From: Trichomonas gallinae
Lineage: Eukaryota
Assembly: GCA_008369845.1 (NCBI GenBank)
Contig: MRSU01007641.1
Coordinates: 1-40,222 of the forward strand
Length of the DNA: 40,222 bases
Direction: 5' to 3'
Shown: positions 1-9,947 of the stretch, one piece after another
How the letters are laid out: each line of letters opens with the position of its first letter
Numbering within the stretch: position 1 is the stretch's first letter
The notes under the pieces: generated by a model
The model's input: only the letters and a program-made list of their open reading frames with translations
Database searches by the model: none
What the model was told of the DNA's origin: nothing
Translations under genes and position numbers: made by a program

Positions 1-92
1 TATAATCCAAAAAGGCTTCATTTGTAGGACCGATAAGATTTTAACGTCATTTCTATCGTCGTTTCTACACCTCTATTTAAAGCATCAAAATA

Positions 93-195
93 AAATATGA
101 CACGTAAATATAAAATAAAGTGTCAAAAAGTAAACAATTTAAAGGAAATATGACATGTAATTTAAATATAAAGTGTCAAAAACCAGATAATTTAA
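93..195 (+). repeat. Two imperfect ~50-bp direct repeats (period 53) upstream of the first gene, each carrying TGACAYGTAA and AAAGTGTCAAAAA
   Basis: aaatatgacacgtaaatataaaataaagtgtcaaaaa (from 93) vs aaatatgacatgtaatttaaatataaagtgtcaaaaa (from 146). Confidence 0.85.
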
Positions 196-292
196 TAACG
201 TATTCATGGAATTCGAAATTTTGCTATAAATGGATGTAAAATGAAATAAAGATGTATGGAATGTGAATGTTTTTCAAAAGTGCCAGATTTTG

Positions 293-1969
293 ATGTCTTT
301 GCACAAAATTTCGAACATTTTAGAGCAGAATGAATCATTTATCAACGTAAATCTGTATTCCGAACAGCTGCGGACTATTCTCAATCAACTAGTTGATATG
401 GTTTCGCAGCAAGATCAAAGAATTTCAAAACTCGAAGTTGCAGTCAAGCAAAAAGCAGAAAAGGAAGACTTAGAGCCAATCAACAACGTTCTAAACAACT
501 TCAACGAGTCTTTCGTGCGTGATTTAGTTGATCAGATGGCACAGAGAATGACTAAAGCAATAGCAAACTTAAACAACGCAATAACAGAAAACATCGACCA
601 GAAAAACAATGCTCTCGAAGAAAAAATGCAAAAACTCGAAAATACATTAAATGAACGTTTTCACAATAATGAACAAAATATTTCTATACAAGTGCAAAGA
701 ATTAACGATTTATCAAAAAATTCTCGGATTATGCTTGAAAGGCAAGATGAATTTCAAGGTGGATTGACTGCTCACCATAACAGATTAGTTACATTAGAAG
801 GAAAATCAGAAGATGCACTTATGAAACGCATAGAAGAACAGCATAATACGATTACCACAATCAAAAGTGATACAGAAAATGATATTAAAATTATATCTGG
901 AAAAATTAATGAAGCAATTTCGTTAATCAACGTAGAAAAAGAAAATATGGCCATTAAAGTCAAAGATTTAGATGAAAAGATAATTGATATTCAAGGTAAA
1001 ATAGCCGCTGAGAGCCTAGTTCAATTAGAATTAAGTGATCCACTTGATGCTTCAATGATTATCCATGCAATTCAAAGAAATGATAGAAGAGTCGATTTGT
1101 TGAACCAATCATTCATTAATACACAAAATATGTGCACAGAACAAGCGAAATTCTTTAATGGAATTCATCGTTGTTTAGTAGATTTGTCTAAAGAAGTAGC
1201 ACTGCTTGGAAATGATTTGAATACGACTAAGGAACAAATTCCTGCATGTGTGAAGAACACAATTCGTGATATTTCCAAAATTAAATCAAATATTGATTCG
1301 TTAACGGAAGTAATTAATGCTACTTATAAAGCGACATCTAATGCATTAACAGATCTCAATGATAGACTTGTTGAGACGGAAGAACTTACAAAGAACAGAA
1401 CATCGAATAAAATCGGATTCACAGATATTATTAACTCACTTGGACGCGCTGGATCCGGTTTTCAGAAATTAATTGACGAATCTGTTAAATTACAATCAAA
1501 AGCAAGTGATATAACTTTAGAAAAATCAGAAACTCATGTTGTTGCAATTCCAGCATTAAATGTTGGTGAACAAGCAGCTATAGAAACAGATGATAGAGCA
1601 ACATTTGAAATTGAAATGAATAAGAAATTTGCTGAATTAAATTCACGTTTTGATTCCGAATCATCCCAAGCTAATGAATTTAAGAAGGAAATGGCCCTAC
1701 TTCTGGACAAGAAAGCTGATATGGACACGGTTGATAGGATAATTGAAAAAATAAGATCATCTATCAACAATGTTAAAGAGAAATTAAACCACATTCACAT
1801 TAATACCAAAATGGGTTCACAAATGCAACCAGAAATAGATCAAGAATCGAATTATCTGAGATCAAGGAAATTGAAGCCAAATACGGCTCATCCTTCGCAG
1901 TCCACCTTTGGAAAGCCTCTACCGCCTCTTCCAACAAGTGCTCAAGCTTACGACATAATTTATAAATAA
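293..1969 (+). CDS. Hypothetical coiled-coil protein (~558 aa)
   Basis: Long ORF with heptad-like composition. The track starts it at GTG 263, but the first in-frame ATG is 293 (MSLHKISN). TAAA lies just before the stop. Confidence 0.85.
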   Translation: MSLHKISNILEQNESFINVNLYSEQLRTILNQLVDMVSQQDQRISKLEVAVKQKAEKEDLEPINNVLNNFNESFVRDLVDQMAQRMTKAIANLNNAITENIDQKNNALEEKMQKLENTLNERFHNNEQNISIQVQRINDLSKNSRIMLERQDEFQGGLTAHHNRLVTLEGKSEDALMKRIEEQHNTITTIKSDTENDIKIISGKINEAISLINVEKENMAIKVKDLDEKIIDIQGKIAAESLVQLELSDPLDASMIIHAIQRNDRRVDLLNQSFINTQNMCTEQAKFFNGIHRCLVDLSKEVALLGNDLNTTKEQIPACVKNTIRDISKIKSNIDSLTEVINATYKATSNALTDLNDRLVETEELTKNRTSNKIGFTDIINSLGRAGSGFQKLIDESVKLQSKASDITLEKSETHVVAIPALNVGEQAAIETDDRATFEIEMNKKFAELNSRFDSESSQANEFKKEMALLLDKKADMDTVDRIIEKIRSSINNVKEKLNHIHINTKMGSQMQPEIDQESNYLRSRKLKPNTAHPSQSTFGKPLPPLPTSAQAYDIIYK

Positions 1970-2304
1970 TTTGTTTGTTGTTATGAATAAATATCTTTAA
2001 AAATTGAAGCATGGTTGTTTGTCTATCTCAGGCATAAAAATATGGGGTGGATAACGGGTTAAATTTTTATTGAGAAAAATGCAATTTAATTTTCGATTGC
2101 CATCTATATGTAAAATATCTATTTATCAATATATGTAGCGTTATCCATGCAAATAATTGCATGCTTAGCATTATGATATTTTGTTGTTCGATCAATATTA
2201 GTAACATGCAATTTAGTTATGGTAGAATTGGAGCTTACTTGTTTTTAAGTCATTCTTAAAGGTTGACTATATCAATATATTACTTGTATGCTGCTAAAAA
2301 TTGC

Positions 2305-2609
2305 AAAAGCCTCTGGTTCAGGAGCGGTGCGCCTAAAAATCAATAAGGCTCGCTAAAATAGCGCGGAAAACCATATTAGGCGAAGGAACCAGAAGATCGC
2401 GGCATAGTTCTCGAGTGAAAATATATCAGCATATGCCATGTTAAAATTTTACCGCTTAACGGCACCGTGTTGTCGATGACATATTATTGGCGCCATAATG
2501 TTAGGTTGTTACCGTAGAAGGTCGAATCAGCCATTTTATAGACTAATATATTCGAAATCGATGCCGATTACGGAGAAATTAGCCAGTTTGGCGTCGATAT
2601 GTAGCTTTT
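2305..2609. other. GC/CpG-rich intergenic island with nested stems (candidate structured ncRNA or cis element)
   Basis: 127/300 G+C (42%) over 2311-2610 by hand count, clearly above the flanking intergenic DNA. No ORF of 60 aa or more. Several mutually compatible inverted repeats. Confidence 0.3.
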
Positions 2610-2661
2610 CATATCTTTAAAAGAATAAAAGAACTTAAGTAATAAAAAAATAAATAACTAT

Positions 2662-2952
2662 TTACTCATCAGAATCATCACCGCCCTTCTCTTCGTCTTC
2701 ACTGCCGGATTCCTCCTTCTTTCCCTTCTTCTGCTTCTTTGTCTTCTTCTCCTTCTTTTCCTTCTTCTCAGCTGGTTCGTTCTCAGCCTCGGCAGCAGCT
2801 CTCTCGTTCCACTGCTTCTTCTCTTCCTCTGAGAGTTCCTTCCACATTGCGCCTAACTTCTTGGCGATGTCACCGAACTTGATATCTGGGTTCTCCTCCC
2901 TGACCTGTGGGCGCTTTTCCTTGCTGAACAACATGAAACCGGACTTTGGCAT
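2662..2952 (-). CDS. Single HMG-box protein (NHP6/HMGB-like) with Lys-rich then acidic tail
   Basis: PKSGFMLFSKEKRPQVREENPDIKFGDIAKKLGAMWKELSEEEKKQW matches the HMG-box consensus. GC-rich codon usage. The stop reads TAAA. Confidence 0.95.
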   Translation of the reverse strand: MPKSGFMLFSKEKRPQVREENPDIKFGDIAKKLGAMWKELSEEEKKQWNERAAAEAENEPAEKKEKKEKKTKKQKKGKKEESGSEDEEKGGDDSDE

Positions 2953-2963
2953 TGCTTGCTGTT

Positions 2964-2970
2964 AAAGTGA
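2964..2970 (-). promoter_or_regulatory. Initiator (Inr) element of the HMG gene
   Basis: Minus strand TCACTTTaacagcaagcaATG, the trichomonad Inr at the usual short distance from the ATG. Confidence 0.75.
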
Positions 2971-3016
2971 AGTGCTATCGTACTTTCACAAAAAAATATA
3001 ACGATACTTTCAAATG

Positions 3017-3054
3017 TTGGCGCCAAATTTTTCAGCCATCAATTTGGCGCCAAA
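3017..3054. promoter_or_regulatory. Two palindromic TTGGCGCCAA sites (E2F-like) upstream of the HMG gene
   Basis: ttggcgccaa at 3017-3026 and tttggcgccaaa at 3043-3054, 27 bp apart. Both match the TTTSSCGC E2F consensus. Confidence 0.55.
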
Positions 3055-4164
3055 ATTTAAACTGACTCATATCACTCCTATAAACTATTCCATTATTGTG
3101 TTAGATTTTGGTGATTTTGGGGAACTTTTTTATGAAATTATTCTTCAAATTGTAAATAAAAATTGGCTGAGCTTTATACCACTAAATCTTTGTGTTTTGG
3201 GCGATGATTTTGTCCCTCGATTCTCATTCAAAAGTAATTGTTTCCAGATTGAGGTTCGTAAAAACGTATATCATTTGTTCAAAATCGGCAATTGAATGCT
3301 ACGATATCGTGTAAACTTAATCTCAAAGGTTCTATTTTGTCAACGCAAGGCGAAATAATGATGAAAATGATCTCGAGCGTTTCGCTTGTGAGACTCAAAT
3401 TTAGGAATAAACATATGTTCTATATGCTAAATTTTGATGAAAACTATATTAAAGACGTTGACAATTTTTCATTTTGTTTGAATAAAGTGATTTCGAGGTC
3501 TTTGATTACTGATTTAAATTAAATAACTTCATTGCTTTGTAATACTGTATAGAAAAGAGCATTTCTTCGGGTAAAACGACTAAAGCTCTATAATTTGGAA
3601 AGATGAAGTCTTGAAAAGATTAAAATTAGCAAAAATCGTCTTAAAAATGCTATGGGCTCAATTCTGCCTCGTAATAATTAAATTTATTTCATTGTTATCA
3701 AAAGTATGTTATTAACATTCTTCTACGCATAAAAATGCTTTAACTTAATGTAGTCTATTCAATTCTGACAGTTAAATTAGCACTGTAAAACTTTTTGATC
3801 AGGAAAAATATACCTTATGCAGCAACATCAATAAGAGCTTACATTTTTACACAATAAATCACATTGATCCACTTACTGGGTGCGAAAGAGTCTATATCTA
3901 AGATTAATAAAATCGAAAAAATTATCAAAAGAATTCATTCAATATTGTGCTGTATTATCAAACTTTTATCGCATTGATATGTTGATTGTGAAGTACTCAA
4001 GGCTCCAGTTCATATCAAAATTAAAATTAGATTTTTGAACTGCAAATTGATTTATACCTTTAATAAGAGATTCTATGGCTTCAATATAGCATTCTTTGCT
4101 GTGCTAGAGAGTTTCTGTGGAAATATTGGAAATCTCTAAGTAATTTGATGATAAAATAGCGAAT

Positions 4165-5520
4165 TCATTCTTTCCATTGATTAAGTAGATCTAAAATTGT
4201 GTTGTTTGCATAGTCAAAAGCTGTTCTCGATGATGAATCACGAATATTCAAATTCGTATCACTATTATTGAGAATATACTTAATTATTTCATGATGTAAG
4301 TTCTTAACAGCATAATGTAATGGTGTTGAGCCATCAATATCTTGTTGATTAATTAATTCAGGATATTTCAAGAAAACAATTCCAAACATCTCCAAATTTC
4401 CATATTCGCATGCATAAGACAAAACATTTCGTTTGTGCTCATCAACAGTCTTAAAATTTACCTTTTGCGCTAAAAATTCAACAAATAATGAAATATTATC
4501 ACTTTTTGCACACTCAATCATACATTTGTTGATTATTCCGATTCTATTGATAATCTGTAGCTTCTTTTCTGTCATAATCCAATTAAGTATCTCCGTCTGA
4601 TGAAAATAGGCAGCTGCTGGAATAAACTCAATGAAAGGGAAACCTTTGGAATCAAGAAACTTAACAACGTCCAAATTTCCACTCGCAATTGCAAAATACT
4701 GAGCATTAGTCTTCTTTTTGACAACATATCTGTCAACAATATACTCCAAGCATTTGAGCGAACCAAAGAAACAGGCAATATCGATAATTTCTTTCGCTTT
4801 TCTAAGATGATAACAAAACCTAAAAATTCCGAATTTTTTCGTCAGCATAAAACTCTCTAAATCATTATAACCAGACAAGCTTTCGATGTCATCATTTATT
4901 ATCATATTTATAACATCATCCTGAGTATTCATGACTATTTCATTTCTAAACAACAACCAATCATTTTTCTTAAAATCTTCGATTTTCCATAGATATTCTT
5001 TGCAATTTCTGTCCAATGTCTGGGAACTTAGCAAATATCCGTGTAACTTCTTGAATAGGTCCTGATTGTCAATAATATAAGGAAGAAATATGAAAAATGC
5101 GAGAAAAATCTTGTTTGGTGAAAGATTTTGATAATTTTCTAATAAAATGAAAATATTTTCGATTGTGATTAACTCTTTTTCTAGTAAATCTCTCAGCATA
5201 AAGAATAAGCATTCTTCTATTTGGAAATCTGTATTTGATCGTTGTTTGAAGCAAGATTCTGCGAAAGATAAAATTAAATCATTTGAAAGCTGATTATTAT
5301 ATGTAATAAAGAAGTTCAATATACTATTATACAGATAAGTCTTATATATCAGCATATCAGCTAGCGATAAAGCTAAGTCTGATAAAATTTGATTTGTTCT
5401 TTGACCATGGTTAGAGACTAACTGACTAATGATTTCCCCATTATATACCTTCCCTATATTTGAAACAATGTCGTAAATTTCGCTTCGATTTTCAGCGAGA
5501 AACTCGAAATATTGCGACAT
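4165..5520 (-). CDS. Ankyrin-repeat protein of the expanded trichomonad type (DUF3447-like region plus C-terminal ANK repeats)
   Basis: DIACFFGSLKCLEYI, FAIASGNLDVVKFL, RNVLSYACEYGNLE, DIDGSTPLHYAVKNLHHEIIKYIL, RTAFDYA. Inr TCATTTTT at 5530-5523. Confidence 0.92.
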   Translation of the reverse strand: MSQYFEFLAENRSEIYDIVSNIGKVYNGEIISQLVSNHGQRTNQILSDLALSLADMLIYKTYLYNSILNFFITYNNQLSNDLILSFAESCFKQRSNTDFQIEECLFFMLRDLLEKELITIENIFILLENYQNLSPNKIFLAFFIFLPYIIDNQDLFKKLHGYLLSSQTLDRNCKEYLWKIEDFKKNDWLLFRNEIVMNTQDDVINMIINDDIESLSGYNDLESFMLTKKFGIFRFCYHLRKAKEIIDIACFFGSLKCLEYIVDRYVVKKKTNAQYFAIASGNLDVVKFLDSKGFPFIEFIPAAAYFHQTEILNWIMTEKKLQIINRIGIINKCMIECAKSDNISLFVEFLAQKVNFKTVDEHKRNVLSYACEYGNLEMFGIVFLKYPELINQQDIDGSTPLHYAVKNLHHEIIKYILNNSDTNLNIRDSSSRTAFDYANNTILDLLNQWKE

Positions 5521-6041
5521 CTAAAAATGATTTTGTTTTCACTGTCATATTGAAACACTGCAATAGAAGTTTACCTGTGCCAACTGTTACATCATTGGAT
5601 ATAACATCTATACCAGATTAAATGATTTGTTAAGTCAATAAATATAATTTTCAAAAATTGAAAAATAATTAGAATCTTTTACTCTTGTAACTAAATCATC
5701 AATATATACTGTTTATCATTTTTGCATCATCCTATAATTGGAATTTTTTTATCATCAATACTTATAATGAAAAGTTTATCAACTTCGCGTATTTTTCATA
5801 AATATTGCATTAGTTTCACTTTTTGCTAAGCTATTTGCGGTCGAAAAAGTCTGGAAAAAGCATTTTAAAAAAATATCGAAATTCAAAAATTTGGCGAAAA
5901 GTGGCAGTTCTGACATGTAAATTATACAAAATTATGCTAAATATGACAATCTGTTATGTAAAATATATCAATCATAAGGATTGATTGTCCATTAATTAAT
6001 AGATTGATTTGTAATTCTTCTAATTAATAATATGCAAGGAC

Positions 6042-6209
6042 ATTCTGCCATTGAATAACCGTATTTCAAAAATTTCCTCCTTTTCATTCAAATATGTCAA
6101 AAACTGATGATTTGACACATCATTTATCAATAGAATCAGCAAATATTATCATATAGCCTTAAATAATGATATTTTATTGATGGCGCGGAGATTCTGCCAT
6201 TGAATAACC
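6042..6209 (+). repeat. Exact 19-bp direct repeat, copies 149 bp apart
   Basis: attctgccattgaataacc at 6042-6060 and 6191-6209, with weak similarity continuing downstream (..aaatttc). Confidence 0.9.
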
Positions 6210-6258
6210 AGTTATCATTTAAATTTCTCAAAATAATGAGGAATCAAAGATCACTCAT

Positions 6259-6847
6259 ATGAGCACCGACGCCAGCAGTCCGCAGACGGCTGACACTAAA
6301 AAGAAAAGGCAGAATCAAAGTGATCAGCTTGCAGCAGAAGCACAAGAGCTCTATAACGATCGCTTTGATCCAGATTTCAAAGAATGGAAAGAATTGGAAA
6401 ATAAGAAACAAAGATTCAAAAAAAAAAAAAAAATACTCCTGTGCTCCAAGCAATTTTAATCATTTCTTCGCGAGAACTTCAAATCCCTAGGTATAGTTTC
6501 GATATAAATAACCAATGTTGCATGCTTTTCTATTGCTACATGTATTGGGAAAAATCAAAGGTTATCTTGATATGATCAAGATGATACGTAATCAAATTAA
6601 TCCGGAAATCAAATATATTTCCTATCGCAATACGAATTATGAAATTAAAAGAAACAATGACATCCAAAGTTTAACCAACAACAAAAGAATTAAAAAACAA
6701 AGCTATCCAGATCTGATTAAGCAATTTAAAGCAATGAAAGAAAATCACGAATTCATCATCATGTTTGTCCCTTATGTTTTCAAATGCGGGCAAGTACAGA
6801 AGGTTAAACATCGCGTTAAAGAACTCGTTGGCAAAGGTTTGGTCTGA
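6259..6847 (+). pseudogene. Single ~197-codon gene split by two A-tract frameshifts (pseudogene or homopolymer sequencing error)
   Basis: Adding one A at A16 (6418-6433) and one A at A5 (6550-6554) joins ORF 6259, a stop-free middle frame (NTPVLQAILIISSRELQIPRYSFDINNQCCMLFYCYMYWEK) and ORF 6515 (IKGYLDMIK...). Inr-like TCACTCAT precedes ATG 6259. Confidence 0.7.
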
Positions 6848-6867
6848 GAGGTCTCCTAACCTGGTAG

Positions 6868-6924
6868 TGCATGAAATTAGAAACAACATGTAGCACTGTG
6901 ATTCATTCATTCCAATTTCATGCA
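6868..6924. repeat. Inverted repeat / hairpin between convergent genes
   Basis: tgcatgaaatt (6868-6878) / aatttcatgca (6914-6924) is a perfect 11-bp pair, extendable to 15 bp with one mismatch. Confidence 0.7.
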
Positions 6925-7113
6925 TCATAACATTAGTAAATCATTTATTTGATGCGACATAACAAAAAGATGAATTCTTCCAAATGAAAAAAAGCATCAA
7001 AATCGAAGGTCAATTTGAAAATAAAAACAAAATATAAACAATTTATAAAATACATGAAAAATAATATATAATAAATGAATCAGAGTAGTTTCCAATTAAA
7101 ATTAGAATCAAAT

Positions 7114-8904
7114 CTAATCTGAGTCGGAATTATTTCTAATCTGATGCGTCAAATGTCTTTTCTGCGCTAAAACCTTGGCATCAACTTCGACTTCCTGCTT
7201 CTGTATGACAATAGGAATTGGAGGGAGCTCATCCTCCAAAAACGAAGACAAAAGCGTCAACTTAACATTCGACGTGATTTTTTGCTCCACCGGAGCATTG
7301 TGGTTTTGCTTCTGCTTTGTAGTGTGTGGTTTGGGGACTGAAGGTCTTGGTGTTGGCTTCTCCGAGTTGGGAACTTGCGGTTTCGGCGCCTTAGGCTTTT
7401 TGATTTTTGTCGGTGGCTTCGTCTTTTTCAGCTTCCATGGATGCTTCTCGATATGATATGGAAGATCGGAGTCAAATGGCAAAAACAGTTCCGTGCCTTT
7501 AGCTATAGCTGGGCCTGATGAAGACGACCTTTCTTCTGTAATTGGCCCTCTTGATCTTGCCGCGAATATCATTGCTGTGACATTTCCAGCGACAATCATC
7601 AGCCGTAAAACGCAGTTGAAATGAAAACTTCTGCGGATGAACGGTGCATACTTGGACATCGTCTGGGATATGTCTACAGCAACGGGTGTCCCTTGTACTG
7701 TTATACACGTGCGCGGGATCCCGTCTTCTGCGCGTATTTCGTCTTGATGACACAAAATTCCTCCTACATGTGTGATAAAAGCTCCATCATCGATGTTTTC
7801 GAGAGCACAGACTGTATGGTTCTCAGTAAACCCGAGACTTGCTGCTGTTGGCATGGAAGGAAGCTTCGGAAGTGGCTCTGTCATCACATTGCTGCGAATC
7901 GAATCTGAAATTTCGAGACCTGCAATTGGATGCTTTGGTTTCGATGGTTTATCTTTGTATAAAAAGTTGATTGCAAACTCATCCATTGTATCCATAACTG
8001 TTAGCTTTGGTATTTCAAACATTGAAGATATCGTTGTGACAAAAGTCTTCCAAAACTCTGGTCCATAGTCGAATGCGTTTGCTCCGAATTGGTTGAATAG
8101 CATTGTCATGGTTTTATGATATGAAAGCTCTGAAAAATTCAACATTTCAGCGACCATCGTGTGAAAGTCTCCTTCTGGTATTTTCTTGATGATTTCTTCC
8201 TTGTTCTCTGGTACTGCTTTGGTGAAGTCTTTTGAAAATGGTTTATCTGGTAAAGAAAAGTAAGGCTGCTTAAATTGTCGAGAACCGCAAAAATGGCAAA
8301 CAAAATTGGGTGGATTTCGTCCAAATTGTAGTTTCGAACATGATTTGTGACAGTAAAATCCGCAAATAACGCATTTAATGATTGGCTCGTCAAATTTCAT
8401 ATTTTTTCGACAAGTACAACGTATAGGTAAGTATTGACAGTACGGGCATATAAACTTTGTCTGTGGTGTTACTCGTGCGATGCCAACACAAGCTGCGTGG
8501 CAGTAGAAGTTGCAATTTGAGCAACAAACCAAAACTCCATTCTTATGCGTTTGTTCACACGTGCATCGTATAAAGTATGGTGTTTTGTTCATGTCGAAGT
8601 ACATGTAAGGCTCTGGTGGGTCTCTAGCCATATATTGATCAATCGGTTGTACAGCAAGCGGCCCGCCAACCTCTGTGAGCTGAGGTATGATTCTACTGAA
8701 AGGTCTCGGCAAAATATACCCGCTGTATGGAATTGGCTTGTAAAACGAGAAGATTGAATTTGGACGCGGAGGAATTTTTATTGCTTTGAGTTTTAAGGAA
8801 TTTTCTTCGATGGAATTACTCACTTCGCCCAGGAGAGTCCGTGGCGAAGTGTTGTCGGCATTTTCTTCTTTGTTTTGGTCCTGTTCAGTTTTTTCTTCTT
8901 CCAT
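7114..8904 (-). CDS. Two PHD fingers plus degenerate SET domain, Set3/MLL5(KMT2E)/UpSET-like chromatin protein
   Basis: C4HC3 fingers IRCTC...CSNCNFYCHAAC...CPYC and IRCTC...CVICGFYCHKSC...CHFC. SET-like segments VCALENIDDGAFI, PFIRRSFHFNC and IAKGTELFLPFD. Confidence 0.85.
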   Translation of the reverse strand: MEEEKTEQDQNKEENADNTSPRTLLGEVSNSIEENSLKLKAIKIPPRPNSIFSFYKPIPYSGYILPRPFSRIIPQLTEVGGPLAVQPIDQYMARDPPEPYMYFDMNKTPYFIRCTCEQTHKNGVLVCCSNCNFYCHAACVGIARVTPQTKFICPYCQYLPIRCTCRKNMKFDEPIIKCVICGFYCHKSCSKLQFGRNPPNFVCHFCGSRQFKQPYFSLPDKPFSKDFTKAVPENKEEIIKKIPEGDFHTMVAEMLNFSELSYHKTMTMLFNQFGANAFDYGPEFWKTFVTTISSMFEIPKLTVMDTMDEFAINFLYKDKPSKPKHPIAGLEISDSIRSNVMTEPLPKLPSMPTAASLGFTENHTVCALENIDDGAFITHVGGILCHQDEIRAEDGIPRTCITVQGTPVAVDISQTMSKYAPFIRRSFHFNCVLRLMIVAGNVTAMIFAARSRGPITEERSSSSGPAIAKGTELFLPFDSDLPYHIEKHPWKLKKTKPPTKIKKPKAPKPQVPNSEKPTPRPSVPKPHTTKQKQNHNAPVEQKITSNVKLTLLSSFLEDELPPIPIVIQKQEVEVDAKVLAQKRHLTHQIRNNSDSD

Positions 8905-9947
8905 TTCAAGATTTTAAATTTTTACCCTTTAATTTTACCCTTTTAAAATCTTTTTGATTTTCACTGCATTTTCTATCATTAAATATCATAGAAAAGCGAA
9001 ATAATCAACTAAATTTCGCTTTATTCATTGTTTTTTTTTTCAGCTAATCAAAAATATTGATAAATGGCTTTAAGAATCATATATTATACTATTTTATTCC
9101 ATAATTCATATGTTTTTACATTTTAAAACTAAAAATACTTGAATTATTATTCAAGATTACCCAATTATTGAGTTTGATTTAATATTAAGTAATATAATTC
9201 GATATTGAGCTCTAAGTAATTGAATGCTTTGTGGTGAAACGGTTCTACTGCAAAATATTAATATTCATGATTTCAAGTTCAACTTTTTGGATACATTGCA
9301 AATAAGTATCTTTCCGATAAGCAGTGATTTTCATTATCCTTGGAATGATACTTCATCTTGTAGAATATCTCTTTTTTTTGTAACAAGCAAGAAAAGCGTT
9401 ACATTTAACGCTAAACAATATATCTATACCCATACATAATGTTTGCATACAGGACAGACAAAAAGTTGTGAGATATTCTCTTAGTTAGTGATACTTTCGA
9501 TTAGATGAGAGGGAAATTGGATCCACATTCTTGTGTAGAAAGATTGTGATCAAATTTACTTGTTTCATTAAGACTAACATGATACAGTTTGTAATGATGA
9601 AGTCTGTTTAAAATTAAAAGTGACAACGTAAACTTGCTATTCAAATTTTGAATTAACCTTTAATTTTTAAGCAAGCAAAATGCTGAGAAAGATATACTAT
9701 ATATAATGTGCAATTAATGTTAAAAATTTACTCTCAACTTTTAACTTTAAAAAATAAATTTCATATTATAGATGTTAAGCTTTTTATAATATTTTTGAAA
9801 TAGAATTTAACGAACATAATTTTGAATTGGAAATAATCGTACATTCTGACAAAAAATGATTAATCATTTTATTTCCTACTATAAAATATGATATTTTCAT
9901 AAAATTTTCATTGGTTAAAAGTGACAAAAAATTAATGGGGTTGGACA

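Noticed and set aside
2337..2349. 13-bp identity aaatcaataaggc with 20927-20939
   Set aside because: AT-rich 13-mers are expected to recur in 40 kb, and the similarity barely extends.
2500..2507. AACCTAAC on the minus strand as a telomerase template for TTAGG
   Set aside because: An 8-nt match is expected by chance, the telomere repeat of this organism is not evident, and the G-U pairs favour the other strand.
3014..3522. ORFs 3014-3295 and 3292-3522
   Set aside because: No recognisable motifs, non-coding-like composition, one has a TTG start, and the first overlaps the HMG promoter.
9423..9480. Minus-strand FVCPVCK as a zinc-finger remnant
   Set aside because: Single CxxC in a short frame with no partner ligands.
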